Shown: one piece after another, positions 25,201-38,129 of the stretch | How the letters are laid out: the number at the start of each line of letters is the position of its first letter | How positions within the stretch are numbered: position 1 is the first letter of the stretch | Notes under the pieces: generated by a model | What the model saw: the letters and a program-made list of their open reading frames with translations, nothing else | Databases searched by the model: none | What the model was told of the DNA's origin: nothing | Translations under genes and position numbers: made by a program | NCBI GenBank assembly: GCA_043228905.1 | Contig: JBHGNT010000003.1 | Location: 24,490,001 to 24,554,000 of the forward strand | From: Azolla caroliniana | Lineage: Eukaryota > Plantae > Polypodiophyta | Reading direction: 5' to 3' | Length of the DNA: 64,000 nt

Positions 25201-27054
25201 TTTGGCCCGACATTGCGAACATTTTGTTCATGGAAAAAACTTTTTTTTGTTTTGTTACAGCAATCATAAAGAATGAAGTGGGATGGTTCGATCTCGACGA
25301 GAACAATAGCAAGAGGTTGACAGCCCGTTTGTCGGTAGATGCGACTCATGTCCGGGCGGCCATTGGCGACCGGGTCTCGATGCTTCTGCAGAATGCAACC
25401 GTATTAGTGACCGCATGCATCATAGCGCTCATCTACGAGTGGCGCATGGCTCTTGTGCTCCTGGCCACCTTCCCGCTCCTTGTTACGTCCGCCTTGGCCG
25501 AGGTACGTCTATCTCTATGCATTGTTCACTCACCTCACATGCTTGTCTTTGAATATTTTTTGGTGTTTCATGGGGGCAGGGGATTAGGGTCTCTTTGAAA
25601 TTGGGGATTTCTTTTCTATAGATTTACTGCTTAGGTTTTGTAGATTTAGGGCTTTGGTGAACGGTTAAATTGCTATAATTTTATGTTGAAATTAGGAACT
25701 TGTCATCTAGGGTTTTTCTACCTTCCTTTACCAAGGTTTCTTGGTTTAGGTAAATGCTTAAATTAGGGTTTTTTGGGTTTGATTTAGGAGGTCAACCCTA
25801 AACGTTTCTGAGGGTTTTTCTTTCCAATGCATGTAGCAACTCTGCATCAAGGGGTTCGCGGGGGACCTGAACGAGGCGTACGCGCACTCGAGCATGGTGG
25901 CCGGTGATGCCATCTCCAACATCCGAACCGTGGCGGCCTTCAATGCCGAAGCCAAAGTCTTGTCTCTCTTTACCCTAACCCTAAGCGAGCCGGCACAGAA
26001 AAGCTTCACCCGCGGTCACATTGCGGGCGCCTTCCTCGGCATATCCCAATTCACCATGTTCTCGAGCTACGGCCTCGTACTCTGGTACGGGGCCGAGCTT
26101 GTGAAGCAGGGCATCTCCGACTTCAGCTCCGTCATGAAGGTCTTCATGGTCCTCATGATCACGGCGTTTGCCATCGCTGAGACGCTGAGCCTCACGCCGG
26201 ACATAATCAAAGGCTCGGACGCTCTCAATTCCGTATTCGGGATCATCGACCGGAGCACGGCCATCGATCCTGACGATCCCAAGGCTGAGATTGTCCAGAA
26301 AGTGAGGGGCGACATCGAGTTGTCGGAGGTGGAGTTTGCGTACCCAACGAGGCCGCAAGTCGTGATCTTCAAGGGGCTCAACCTACGGGTGAAGGCCGGG
26401 GAGAGCTTGGCGCTGGTCGGGGCGAGCGGGTCGGGGAAGAGCTCCGTGGTGGGGCTGGTGGAGAGGTTCTACGATCCGACACGCGGGAGTGTTCGTATTG
26501 ACGGGCAGGACATCCGGACACTGAACTTGAGTTCTCTTCGCCGGCACATCGGGCTCGTGCAACAAGAGCCCGCGTTGTTCGCCACGAGCATCTTCGAGAA
26601 CATTGCATACGGTCGGGAAGGCGCTACGGCCGCCGAGGTGGAGGCGGCCGCCGAGGCGGGCAACGCGCATGGCTTCGTGAGCGCGCTGCCCGGTGGGTAC
26701 GAGACCCAGGTGGGCGAGCGCGGGGTCCAGCTGTCGGGCGGACAGAAGCAGAGGATCGCCATCGCCCGTGCCGTGCTCAAGGACCCCGCCATCTTGCTCC
26801 TCGATGAGGCCACGTCTGCGTTGGACGCCGAGTCGGAGAAGGTTGTCCAAATGGCCCTCGACCGCCTCATGCAGGGCCGCACCACCATCGTGGTCGCCCA
26901 TCGCCTCAGTACCATACGCAATGCCAACTCGATCGCAGTCGTGCAAGAAGGATGCATCCTCGAACAGGGGACCCACGCCGAGCTCATCAACAAGCCTGGC
27001 GGATCCTACGCTCGACTCCTGAATATCCAACAACACCAGGGTCAAGCTCAATGA
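19234..27054 (+). CDS. ABCB19: Full-size ABC transporter subfamily B (MDR/P-glycoprotein), ABCB19/ABCB1-like, 12 exons, 1286 aa
   Basis: Exons 19234-19584, 20514-20568, 20757-20932, 21097-21297, 21428-21687, 21839-22155, 22256-22479, 22843-23207, 23336-23432, 23541-23895, 25261-25502, 25837-27054. All introns are GT-AG and the exons sum to 3861 nt in frame. Architecture TMD-NBD-TMD-NBD with Walker [17 protein letters not shown], signature LSGGQKQR x2 and [11 protein letters not shown] x2. Segments such as [15 protein letters not shown] and [17 protein letters not shown] closely resemble Arabidopsis ABCB19 as recalled. Exact orthology is provisional. Confidence 0.93.
19960..20470. repeat. Degenerate minisatellite in ABCB intron 1
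   Basis: Recurrent AGAGATCTA (~20016, 20082, 20204, 20268, 20443) with AATGG(G)CTCATT and TGTTAAAA motifs. Confidence 0.6.
24241..24320. repeat. 40-bp tandem duplication in ABCB intron 10
   Basis: AACTGTACATTAAACAGACTAAATACA..AGTGCACTTTC occurs twice. A separate ~57-bp unit is repeated three times at ~24716-24895. Confidence 0.85.
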
Positions 27055-27055
27055 G

Positions 27056-27240
27056 TCTTGTGGTCCTTGGAGGGCGTATTTTCTTACATTTTACAAGACA
27101 GGAGGCGAGCCTAGTGCCGTGTGTACATATATACATGTACACATGTGAGTCTTGTCCTCGGAGGGCGTCTTTTACATTTTACAGTAGGCGAACTAGTGCC
27201 ATGTGTACCTACATATGTGTGTGTGTGTGTGTGTGTGTGA
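27056..27240 (+). repeat. ~93-bp imperfect tandem duplication plus (GT)n in the ABCB 3' UTR
   Basis: GTCTTG..CCTYGGAGGGCGT..TTACATTTTACA..AGGCGA.CTAGTGCC.TGTGTAC occurs twice, followed by (TG)n. Confidence 0.75.
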
Positions 27241-29413
27241 GCACAACTCCCTTAGGATCTTGGAACGCAAGAAGATCGAGAATGAACGAAATGAACATGT
27301 CTTTTAGGTTTGGAGGAGGATTGACCCGAGTAAAATATATGAGTAGTAAATTGCCTTAGGATTGATCTGCCTTGAGTGAAATATGTTCCTGCCGGACCAC
27401 TTGCTTCATTCGATATTGAAGCTTGACATTGACCCTTGAATGTAATCCTTTTGGGTCGATCTTTTGTAGTTTACGATCATATCTTTAATATGTAGGCCAA
27501 TTGTCAACTCTTCTATCAATAAATCATTCGATTTTGTCGATGCATTTTTGCAAGCTTTTGTTTTCATCATAGAGAAACTTTGGTTTAAGTGTGATTAGTT
27601 AATGGCACAAAAGTGTACTACACCTCAATTCTAATTAATTTTGTCATTTTGAGACTATTGGAGTCTCTAGTTAAATGTGATGTAAACGGGACACACAAGA
27701 GAAAGGCAAATATGGTTTATACTAGGGTGAATTATTCAAGAATAAGTATAAAAAATTTAAAAATGAGAGATCTAGGGCTTGGAAGGATTTGTCATATTTA
27801 ATTTCTAGAGCTTTGTGGAGTGAGGGAGGGAACCTTTTTGTACATGATATTGTTTCTTCTATTGTGAATTGTGAAGTTGCCATTTTAAACATTGTTGGAT
27901 CTAAAGTATTGTCTCTTTAGATCTTCGAAGGTGGCACCAAATTGTAGTGTTCCCATTATTGTTTAGCTTCTTTCTCATAGTTGTGTTGTAGGATCTTATT
28001 AGGTCTTCGTGAAGGATTAGGTTATACTTACGTGGACAACAACGATGTCAACAAAATGTAGTTTGATTTGTAAGGTTTGATAATATTGCTGCTAATTTCG
28101 TAAAATCTTGATTTTGGATCCCTCTATATCATGTTTATTTAACACAAATGTTAAAAATTTACAATTGGGTCTTTATTGGTATGATGTATGATTGAGTATC
28201 GCATTTCATAAGCTAGGGTTTGATAACATTGTCTTTTATATACCCATCATATTTACTCATTGTGTTTTAGGATAATCTCTAAAGTCAATACATATTAGGT
28301 ATGGGCACATTTTTCAAGTTGCAAAAAGTAGTACACATGGTCTCAAACTAAAATTACGACCAGAATTCATAGCAAACACATACAATCAAAACCCACATAC
28401 TTAATGTTGCAAAACATACTCATATCTTCATATGTAAATATTTGGAACTTTACAAATTTAATATTATAACCGATGCAACAACACGACATGACATCTCAAG
28501 TGACGTTTATATGAGGTATGATATATAGATGTAAAGATTATTATGCTACGCACCAAAAGATAATGTTTTGTTTTTACTCTCGTATTTAAGGCCTCGACCA
28601 TGGGAATCAAATGGGCGAATTCCTTTCTTTATGAAACAAACAATTAGCAACCTTGAACTTAAATTGAAAATACAAAGAATATCGTTCTCAACTCCCACCA
28701 TTTTTAAGGAACAAATTGTTAGTGGGCATGATCTCTCATAAAAAATATGATTTTTTAAATATAGCACAATCAACATTAAACCCATTGTCGACGAGGGCCC
28801 TCATAACTTGCAAATTTGTTTATCAATCATTTGTCAAAACTAATTCGTGGGGATAGATTCATCACATGAATGATGAAATCGAAGAAACGTATCAATTATA
28901 GAACCAATGATTACGTTGATACTCGACATAAAGAATGCACCAAAAAGGAAATGACTATGACACGTCCCCGCACACGTCCTAGCACAACTGTCTATCTACA
29001 CAGAACCAAGGTGAAACAAAACCTCACATGCGTGTAATTAGGATCAATAAACTAACAAAAAAAGGAATACAAAAATGTGCACCTACCCAAACTCACCAAA
29101 AAATAAATTTGATTACATGAACAAGGAAGAGATAGAAGCAACACCTCTCTAAATAAATGATACTATTGCATCAATATTAATAGAAAAATAAGGGGGAAAT
29201 AAAAATTCTTTTTCTTCGTGAAAAATGACTAAGTCTATATTGATTAGTTAATGGCTTAGTCCTTTTGATCTCACACAACAATATGAAACAAAGTTTTGGG
29301 TGCCTCCCATAACATTTCGTAAGATTGAAGGCTTAAGCTCATAAAACTATTAGATTAATTACATGCTAGGTTCAAGTCAAAATAGAAGTCCGAATGATCA
29401 TTTCACTAAAAAA

Positions 29414-29545
29414 CTAGCCTCGTTTCATTCAAAAACTATAACGACACTACCTAGTTTCATCAAACTACAACTACATTGTCTAGTTTCATTAAAAAACTGT
29501 CACCACACTACCTAATTTCATTAAAAAACTATAACCGCACTACTT
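29414..29545. repeat. Degenerate ~30-bp tandem repeat (about 4 copies)
   Basis: Recurrent CTAGTTTCATYAAAAAACTA..AC..CACTAC. Confidence 0.6.
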
Positions 29546-32094
29546 ATGACTGCGTAGGCCCTAGACACTTTGCAAATAAGGTGACATAGTGTCACATGCA
29601 TAAAGTAAGTCTTAGCTATTGAGAGGAGAAAAGATAGCAATGCTAGACACCACTATCGGAGTAGGAGAGATAATGAAGAAATGAATATGATAATATACTC
29701 TCATAGTTCACCAAGAAAATAGTTACACAAAAAGTCAAAACAAAGCTTCAAAGTTTCCATCCATGTTTGAGAAAAGAAAGAACTGATACAGAACCTTACA
29801 TGGTCAAGAATGAGATGTTATCCATTATTCAACAAAAATGATAAGATATTGTCACAACACAAAGACACTTTGAGTGGTCGATGTTGTAAGTGGTTGAGCA
29901 AGAATGGTTATTTGGGTAGTGCTTTTACTTGCCTTGTAAATATCCATGTAGCTATCGGAAACTAAATAACAAATACCCCGCATGTTAAGGGTAATAATGA
30001 ATCCACAAATTTTTATTAAATTTGAGAGCATCAATTCTACTCTTGTAAACAAGCATCACCACAATGAATCAAATTTTCTCTCCGAAGTAAGTATATATCT
30101 ATCCCTTAAAAATATTACCACTACGGTAGGGCCATTATGATTTGAAAAGAGAGGAACCATGAACTCGAGTGCCAAACATATGCCTTTCGAGTTGGAAGAT
30201 TCTAGGGTAGGGTGTGAGAGTTGTCTTACAAGATTCACATTGAAAAGCCAACATCCTTTGTCTTACTAGACCTAGATATAGAGCCTTCAAATCAATATGG
30301 AACTTTTGATTTTAGAATTGATATGATGGGAAATTGATTAGTTTTTCTCTTGAATTATAATGTATTCTCCTATTTTGTCTTCTCATTACGTCACATTAAG
30401 AGGAACCTTGACAGGTTGCCACTATTGTACTAAGTTGTGCGGTTTATGACACATGGAACATAAAATATATTGTTTCTCACGAATCTAAAAGCATTCACTT
30501 GTTTAGTTGCCAAGGATGGCAATCTTTAACATGTAATGTATGATAGTCTTAGTAATCCTTTGACATTACAAAGCACATGCTACTATTTGCATCCTTTACC
30601 ACTAGAGAATCTCTAATTGATATCCCCAAGAAAACCTTTGCTTTTTTCTGTTGGGAGCGAACAATATTTAACTTGTTGGGACAACAATCTTTTTTAGGTT
30701 GAGCTTGACTGGGACTGAAATATAAAGGCCAAGCATGAAAAGATGGAGGATGATATGGTTCAATGAAATTTAGAAGGTGCCCCTAAAATTGATTTTAAAT
30801 GGCAATATGAATATTAAATTACTTATTTTCGATATATGAAAATAAAACACCATTCCACTAATTAAGGGACACTAATCAATACAATATCAAAATGGCATAT
30901 AGTGAGTGCATTACACCGGACATGTGTTAGAAAGTGTGAAAGATTGGAATAGTTTGAAATATAAAACATAGTAGATTCATCTACTTAATATGTAATTGTT
31001 TTGATGAGCTTAGAGAGTAGCCAACTTTACTCTTTAATTTTGGATCTTGGAAAACTGATTATCTCCATATTGGTTGAGATTCACAGGATGCTATGAGCGT
31101 GTTTGGTACCTCATGATACAACACCTTGGATTTAAGCACATTGGTGTCACATCACACTTTCATTTATTTGCACATAATTGCGGGTAGAGGAGTATGTGTA
31201 CATTTTGCCCAACACCAATATGGGGAATGAGCTTGTATCATCATAATATGAGGACGAGAGGGGTGTCATAGATCTACATATTGATTGTCCATATGGTTGT
31301 ATGGTCGCCCACCTGGCTCAATCATATATCTAGGCCTCAATATAGATCGTGTTGTAATTCAAAACATTCCATGAATTGTAGAAGTGAGATGTGTTGAAAC
31401 ATTTATTTACCTTAACCATATTGGGGTCCTGGATTAACTATCATGTTGTTGTTATTTTTTTATTTGTTGTTTTTATTGAAGTTGTCACCCTGGTTAGAAG
31501 ATTTGTCCCCATTGTCTATAGGATCGTTGTCACGACGACTTACTATTGGATTTTGGCTTGTCTCTTGTGCATAACCTTCCACTGAGTTTTATATTGCAAT
31601 GATCGATCGCCTCCTACCACTAATTAAGTAAGGAGGTATGATCTACATTTTGGATGGTAGCAAGCTAATTGGCAACCTTGGAAGGGGATAGACACCATAA
31701 TGAATGTAACTATGATAGTGACACAATTGTCTTGGTCCCCATGCAATTTAACACTGGATGGCCATATTGCTTCGATAAATGGTCAATTTCATCCATTAGT
31801 TGTCGCATCAACAACAAATAGTGCCCCATTCATTGCCATCTGGGTTTTTTCCTTGCATGATTGGGTGAAGTTAGGGCTAAGTCAAGAGGTATATCATTGA
31901 AGGTGGGGTCTTCAATTTCCATCATCAGGACTTCGTCGGGCGTTAACGTCATCCTTCTTGTCTCACCAACGGTATCTTTAAATGATTCTATAAAAAATAT
32001 CTTATCTTGTACTATAGTGTCCAAGAGACGTCGATATGAAATTATTTTCAACACACCAATCTTCGACATAATCTTTGAGTGAAATGCCATGAAA

Positions 32095-32270
32095 TGTGAA
32101 GATCTAGAGCTTGTGTATCTAATGGAAAAAGAATTCCCTATATCTTTCTTTGATATTCAAGTGCATGTTTGGTTCCAACTCGTTGATGAATTGAGCTTGC
32201 AAGGATAGTGAGTACCAAATGGATGTTTTGGGTTGAGAGATTCATGTGTGTATTAAAGTCTTTTCAACTA
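32095..32270 (+). pseudogene. CACTA/En-Spm transposase (TNP2, DUF4218-like) remnant
   Basis: Translates with a frameshift to ELVYLMEKEFPISFFDIQVH..LVDE...KWMFWVERFMCVLKSF, matching the CACTA FPPSFFDIMVH...RWMYP.ER.M..LK motif. Confidence 0.7.
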
Positions 32271-35200
32271 CATCATAGATTGCATCCAATATAATTATGT
32301 AAATAATTGGGTGTAAAATTGTCAATGTGATGTTGTTTCATGCTATTAGAATCATGTGTTTGGCCCATAGAGGTAATGTACTAATCATACAAAGAGTATA
32401 CAAGTATATCACAAAAGTCAAGAATATGCATATGCCTGATAAAAAATTGTCAAAGCAAGCTTGGAACAAAGGATGCAAGGTACAAAAACTAACAAGAGCA
32501 AAATCCTTTATCTTGGTTTGTTGTTGACATTATGAGATGCGATAAAAGACTTATAGCTCTCATGCATCTTATGAAGTATGTGATTATCAAGACTACTTAG
32601 ATGCATTAAGGATGTGGTGGGCTCTGGGAGATCCTTAATACTTCTTCAGACTCATTTACACGAATTAGGTATTAAGGTGGCATTAGGAGTCTCCAAGGTT
32701 CGGCTCAGGCTTGAACCAAGCCGTTAAACTGCTTAAGCCCCATTTCTTGCAAATGTTGTTAATGAAATAAGAGAGGCATTATTGGTTAATCTTGTTTGTG
32801 CTTGATTTCATGTGTTTTCCGTAAATTAATATTTTTGTTGTACTTGATTTCAAGTGTTTTCCTTAGTAGGTTAATATTTCTATTGTGTTTGATTTCATGT
32901 GTTTTCCTTAATGAAATCAGAGCAAGTACAGTCATACTCAAAGTTTGTATTTCTATTGTTATTGTTAGTTGAGGGGGAATAGATGATTAGAGAGTTCCCA
33001 CTTGTTAAATATGTTTGAGGGTGGTTGGAGACACCCACTTCTCGCCCACCCCACCTTGGCCTACACAAGGCACATGCTCATTAATCAATCCCTTGCAACC
33101 ATCCTCCATTGTGTTGAACACCCACTTGGAAGGTGGAATGAAGTCCCAAATATGTAGTTTTGGCTCCTCAAATCCATGTGAATCAATTGTTGGTGTTGAG
33201 ATTGGAGGACCATAAAAGAAACGAGATAGGTAACTAGATTTGTGAAGAGAATAGATGAATTGTTCATTAAGGGAATAGTGGACAAACTCTTCACAAACTA
33301 AAATTATGACATAGACATTTTGAGGCACTAGAGTTTATAATAGATGGGTTGGTACATGACTTTATCAAAATGGTGGAAGTTTTAGGGAAGTTTGCACCTT
33401 ACATTATGGACCAGCCAAAACTCTGTCTTGTGGAGCGTTAAAGGAGTCATATGATGAATTAGAATTCATTTCACATTGGAGATCTTTAAGCTATTGTGTC
33501 ACAAATCAAATGCTAGTTAGAAACACTAGAAAACCAATTGATACAAAATAAACAATAATAGACATTGGGTGAACTTTCTTAAGGAAATAAGACAAAGATA
33601 TAATATGCTTTAAAACAAAATTTGCGATATTGATATCTATTTAGATTCGTTGAGATCCTAGTTAGTTTTGATGATCCAAAAGACATACATCTTCACCTAA
33701 AAAGGAGTATATGAATATATTGCAATTCCCTAGAAACAAATCTTTGATCTAAAGCCTAACACTATCAGGCATTTTGGAATCCAACCAAGAGTGAAATGTC
33801 GCCAAATCTAAGCCTATTTGGTTGGATACCAAAATGTTGACAAATACAACCTTACTTGTTTCTACCATGGTTGACTTGCACGATCGATGGCTATGCAATC
33901 ATTTATAATCCCCCTTTAGGCATATGGAACTCCCAGAACTCTTCTTGCATGGCATCACAGGACATGACATTTCGATAGTGATTTCCAAGGAAAACTCTAA
34001 AAGAGGTCAATTCCAAGGGCTACCATGGCTTGTTACATGACAACTAGGGTTGTGGTTCAGTTGCCTCCCATTTTTCATGGCCAATATTTTTGGGCTCTAG
34101 ATTCCCATTGGTTTTTCATGGCCAATGTTTTTGGGCTCCAGATTCCTTATAGGATAAATTCCCATTGATTGAGAGCATATGATGCCCTTACTTGGTTCTC
34201 CTATATTGCATTGGGTTTTGTTTCATGTTTTGCAGAATGTGTAAAATTGTTGCTATCACCTATCTCATGAGTGATTATTACTAAGTTCCTAAATCATATG
34301 TACTAAAGTAAGCAAATTTCTAGGCTCCTGCCCTTAATAAAGGTTCTATTCATTTTTATAATGTTTAGTTTGAATCTTTCGAGGGTTTTTTTTCCGCATA
34401 GTCAATAATATTTGAACATCATACATGTAAACATTTTGTTAGAGCATTAAATTGTGATCGATCAAATTCAGATGTCGCGATGATCCTTGTGGTGACATAT
34501 GATGGATAATTAGGGCTCAATTCCGGAAAGGTGGGAGGCAATTTCGGGCACTCCAATTGTCCGAAACCAACATGGATCACTACACGTTGTGACAATAAAG
34601 AACAATCTTGGGCTTTGACAATTTGCCGAAACCAACATAGATCCCTACAAGTCTGTAGGAATTGGTTGGACAGGCGCATTATAAACATATCACGATCAAC
34701 ATATCCAAAGTTATGACAAACAATCACCCAATTTGGTCAAGTTTTAACCGGCAATCGAAATTCTCGTGGGCTAAATGACCCATGAATCCCGAGAACACTA
34801 GGCCGAGCCTAAGTGGGTCTGTCACCCACAACTAGTTGCGACCCACAATACTCATTATAAGGTACCTCACTTCCTTCGGCATGAGAGCTCGGGCGAGATG
34901 AGAAGGTCTTAGGTGAACTAGCCACTCATTCTCTTTTTGGAAATCTGTGGGCCCATAGCCAACAAAAAAAAGTTGTGACCACTGAAGCACATTGAACTGG
35001 ATTTCACACTTGTAGGTATCCATGTGTTTCTTTCTTGAGCCATGTACCTCAAGAACACGAGCGTAACTTACAAATGGGCGTTAACGCTCGATAAGAAAAC
35101 CCCACACTCTTGTTTTTCTACACCTTTATGTCTGGCAAAGAAACAAAATTTTAAAACAATAATGATCACAATCACTCCTTAGTACATGGTTCTTTCCACA

Positions 35201-35970
35201 AAACGTTCCTCAAAATGCCACCAATTGTTTGTATTTGCCAAAAAAGAGCATTCACATTTTGCTCTATAAATAGTAAAGATGTCAACGTCATTTAGACAAT
35301 GTGATTGAAAATGCATGACAGGGCAATGGAAGTGTGTATGTGGTCATTGGAAGGCCATGGATGGGGCGATGATGTCTCAAATGTGTTTGGATCATGGATG
35401 GGTGATGCACGAATTATGGATTTATTGTGGGATTGTCGGGCATGCATATGAATCATGGATAGCTAGCTCAAATTCGTCGTGCATATCTCATGGAAAGAAA
35501 TAAGATGACTTGCAAAAACCTCACCTTTGTTGACCAAAGCTCACTTCCCAAATTAAGAAGCTCATCGACCATTCACTTACCAAACAAATAGAGGTCCATA
35601 GAAAAATTCCCCCACAACAAATATCTATCTCAACATCCACTTTATGTACCTTAAATTTGTTATGCAAGGTTTTCTAAACAGAAGGTCTAAAGATTAATTA
35701 AAGGGATCAATTGCCATTCTAAAGTTCCATATTATGCTTGTCAGAGTCACACATGACCCTCATGTATTAGGACTACATATATCAATGGAGAGCAAGTACT
35801 AGATATATTATTCATTGTGCGTGTGTACTAGGATGGATGGACCAACCTACTCGTACCTAACATTGTCCCTTATTTGTGGGTGGAAACATATGTTCCAAAA
35901 GGAAAATAGCTTTTTGATATAATTTTCTTCCCCTCGACTCCAATCGTACTTTCACACCCCTAAGATTACT

Positions 35971-36093
35971 TGTCATGTATGACGACCATATTTCTCATCA
36001 ATTCGTGAAGCTTTATTAGTCATATATGACAACCATATTTCTCATCAATTCTTGAAGCTTTATTAGTCATATATGACATACATATTTCTCATT
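35971..36093. repeat. ~47-bp tandem repeat (~2.6 copies) with GTCATATATGAC palindromes
   Basis: GTCAT(A/G)TATGAC..CCATATTTCTCATCAATTC.TGAAGCTTTATTA is repeated. Confidence 0.8.
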
Positions 36094-36699
36094 CTATAAT
36101 GTATATCTTTACCAAATATATAGTTTGTTATCATTCTACGGCAACTTGCAAGTTACTAATGGTTGGAGAGGACCAATAACTCCCTCATTCCCAATGTTTT
36201 GGGAGTAAGCCTAAGTAAAGGGATATGTCTCCTAAATCTTCGATGATGCAAACTTCCCCCTTTGAAAGCAAGCAATGAGAAAATCATTATGTGGTGTTGT
36301 TCCTTGTGTATGCAAACTTCCACCCAGCAAAAATGTTCTTCAAGTGATATAGAAGAGTTAAAATTTTCCATTTTCATGTGAATGACATTCTTCCATGTAA
36401 TATATGTATATATGCCACACATAAATATATATATGTAGTATGTTGTATATATATAATAATATATTATATGTTTTTGTACAACGCACTTACAATAATGTCA
36501 TGTAATGATGCTATATATTCTCAAATCTTTATCCTTTACTAATAATGTTAGTTAAATTTTGATTTTCACAATAAACTTTATTAAATACCCTAGAGTCTAA
36601 ACTCTAATTATAATTTTAATGTTTTAAGTTTTAACTATAAAACCTATTTTTTTAATATTATGATCTATCATTTATTAAAAAATTTAGGTTATTAAAAAA

Positions 36700-37755
36700 A
36701 AAGGTAGGTGAGAAGTTATTGATGCACATTGCAACTAGGTAGGTATAGAGTTTTCTATTCTTTGTTTACTCTAATTCACAAGCCTCACTTTAGAGTATGC
36801 TACTATATTCCAAGTGCAACTTATGTTACACTTACTAGCAAATGTTCTTGTGGAATTGAATAAATTAAATGAGGAGTCCCAATAGGAATTAATGGATGCA
36901 AATATGCTTGGTGTTCACTTGGATATCGTCCATGATAAACTTTGAAGACATTATTTATCTTGTGAGACATTTGGCACCAGGTCTATTTTGCTTGCAAACT
37001 TTCCACCTAATGTGAAAGATGGCATACTCATATATATTGGATGTGATAATGTGATAAGTTTATACCAATTCCAAACCCAAAGAAGGTAGCAAAACGATCA
37101 AGAGGACTAAATAATGGTTCTGATAGGGAAAATGAAGATAGTGATTTTAACTTGATTATGTTTCATGGATGTGGAATTTTTATTTGGATGAATGCATTCG
37201 CATTGGAAAAGCCTTTGTCCAATATGTTATTGATGCCTTAAACAATCGTTCCCAGATGTTACATTTTTCAATGTTGTGACGTTGTCTAATCCACCATCAT
37301 ATCCCATTGAGGAAAATGAAAGAAAGAAAAAGACAAAGCAATGGTTGCACGAACTTATTGTCCCAAAAGGTTTAATATTCACAACCAATTTTTTGACATG
37401 AAAAGATGCCTCAATGAACGAGAAGATTTGTTGGTATGCTTGTAAATATTGCTAAAGGAAGAGGAATGCATAATTCATGGGATATTTGTTGCAACGCAGA
37501 ATCTTGGTGGAAATTATTTTCGAGTCTGTTACAATTTTGGCAACTATGTATGATTATTCCTATTAGTACAGTTGCACATGAAGCTTTTCACGTTAAAATA
37601 TCATAAAAAATGACATTAGAAATGGTTTATATTTGGAAACTTTAAATGCTTTGATGTTTATATCCTTAAATGCTCAAGAGACATCAAATATGTGTTTGAG
37701 AGATATATGTCACATTTGGTTTGAAGAGAAAGAGAGAAGGACAATATCATTGAAG
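36700..37755 (+). pseudogene. hAT transposase remnant (C-terminal dimerisation domain)
   Basis: ~37520-37680 translates with a frameshift to LLQFWQLCMIIPISTVAHE..FS..NIIKNDIRNGLYLETLNALMFISLNA, typical of the hAT dimerisation domain (IP.STV.CERGFS..N.IK..R..L..L.ALM.ISL). The 5' limit is approximate. Confidence 0.65.
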
Positions 37756-38129
37756 TAGATACATATTGCACAATGCTTAGTATGACGGGTCATGGTATGA
37801 TAAGCATTTTATAATGTTTTTTGGGCTTTAAGGAATATATAATGATTAAGTATTCAATTTGTATGCTTTTTTTGTTTGATGCTTATTGTATCTACTTTGC
37901 AAGAATGAATTATAATTGCTGATACATATCTTGTTTGTGCTTTGGCTTAAAAAATGTTAACCCTATATTTATTTTATGTATTTCATTATCTTTGTGTGGT
38001 AGTTATGGTGATTTCTGTATCTTTGCGTACTTTTTATAGTAATGAAATGTATAACAATGTAGCATTATAGAGCTTTTCATTTTTAAAATTTGTATGTCAA
38101 ATGACATGTAAGTTTTTGCACCCTTATGT

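Noticed and set aside
25981-27051. Long antisense and alternative-frame ORFs over ABCB exon 12, and similar ones over the copia elements
   Set aside because: They are expected by-products of GC-rich, stop-poor coding sequence and carry no recognisable domains.
29850-35500. Short ORFs as host genes; CCCAC/GTGGG cluster at 34.7-35.1 kb as a CACTA end
   Set aside because: The ORFs lack domain motifs or splice-consistent structure, and no CACTA terminus with TSD was located. Probably old TE debris.
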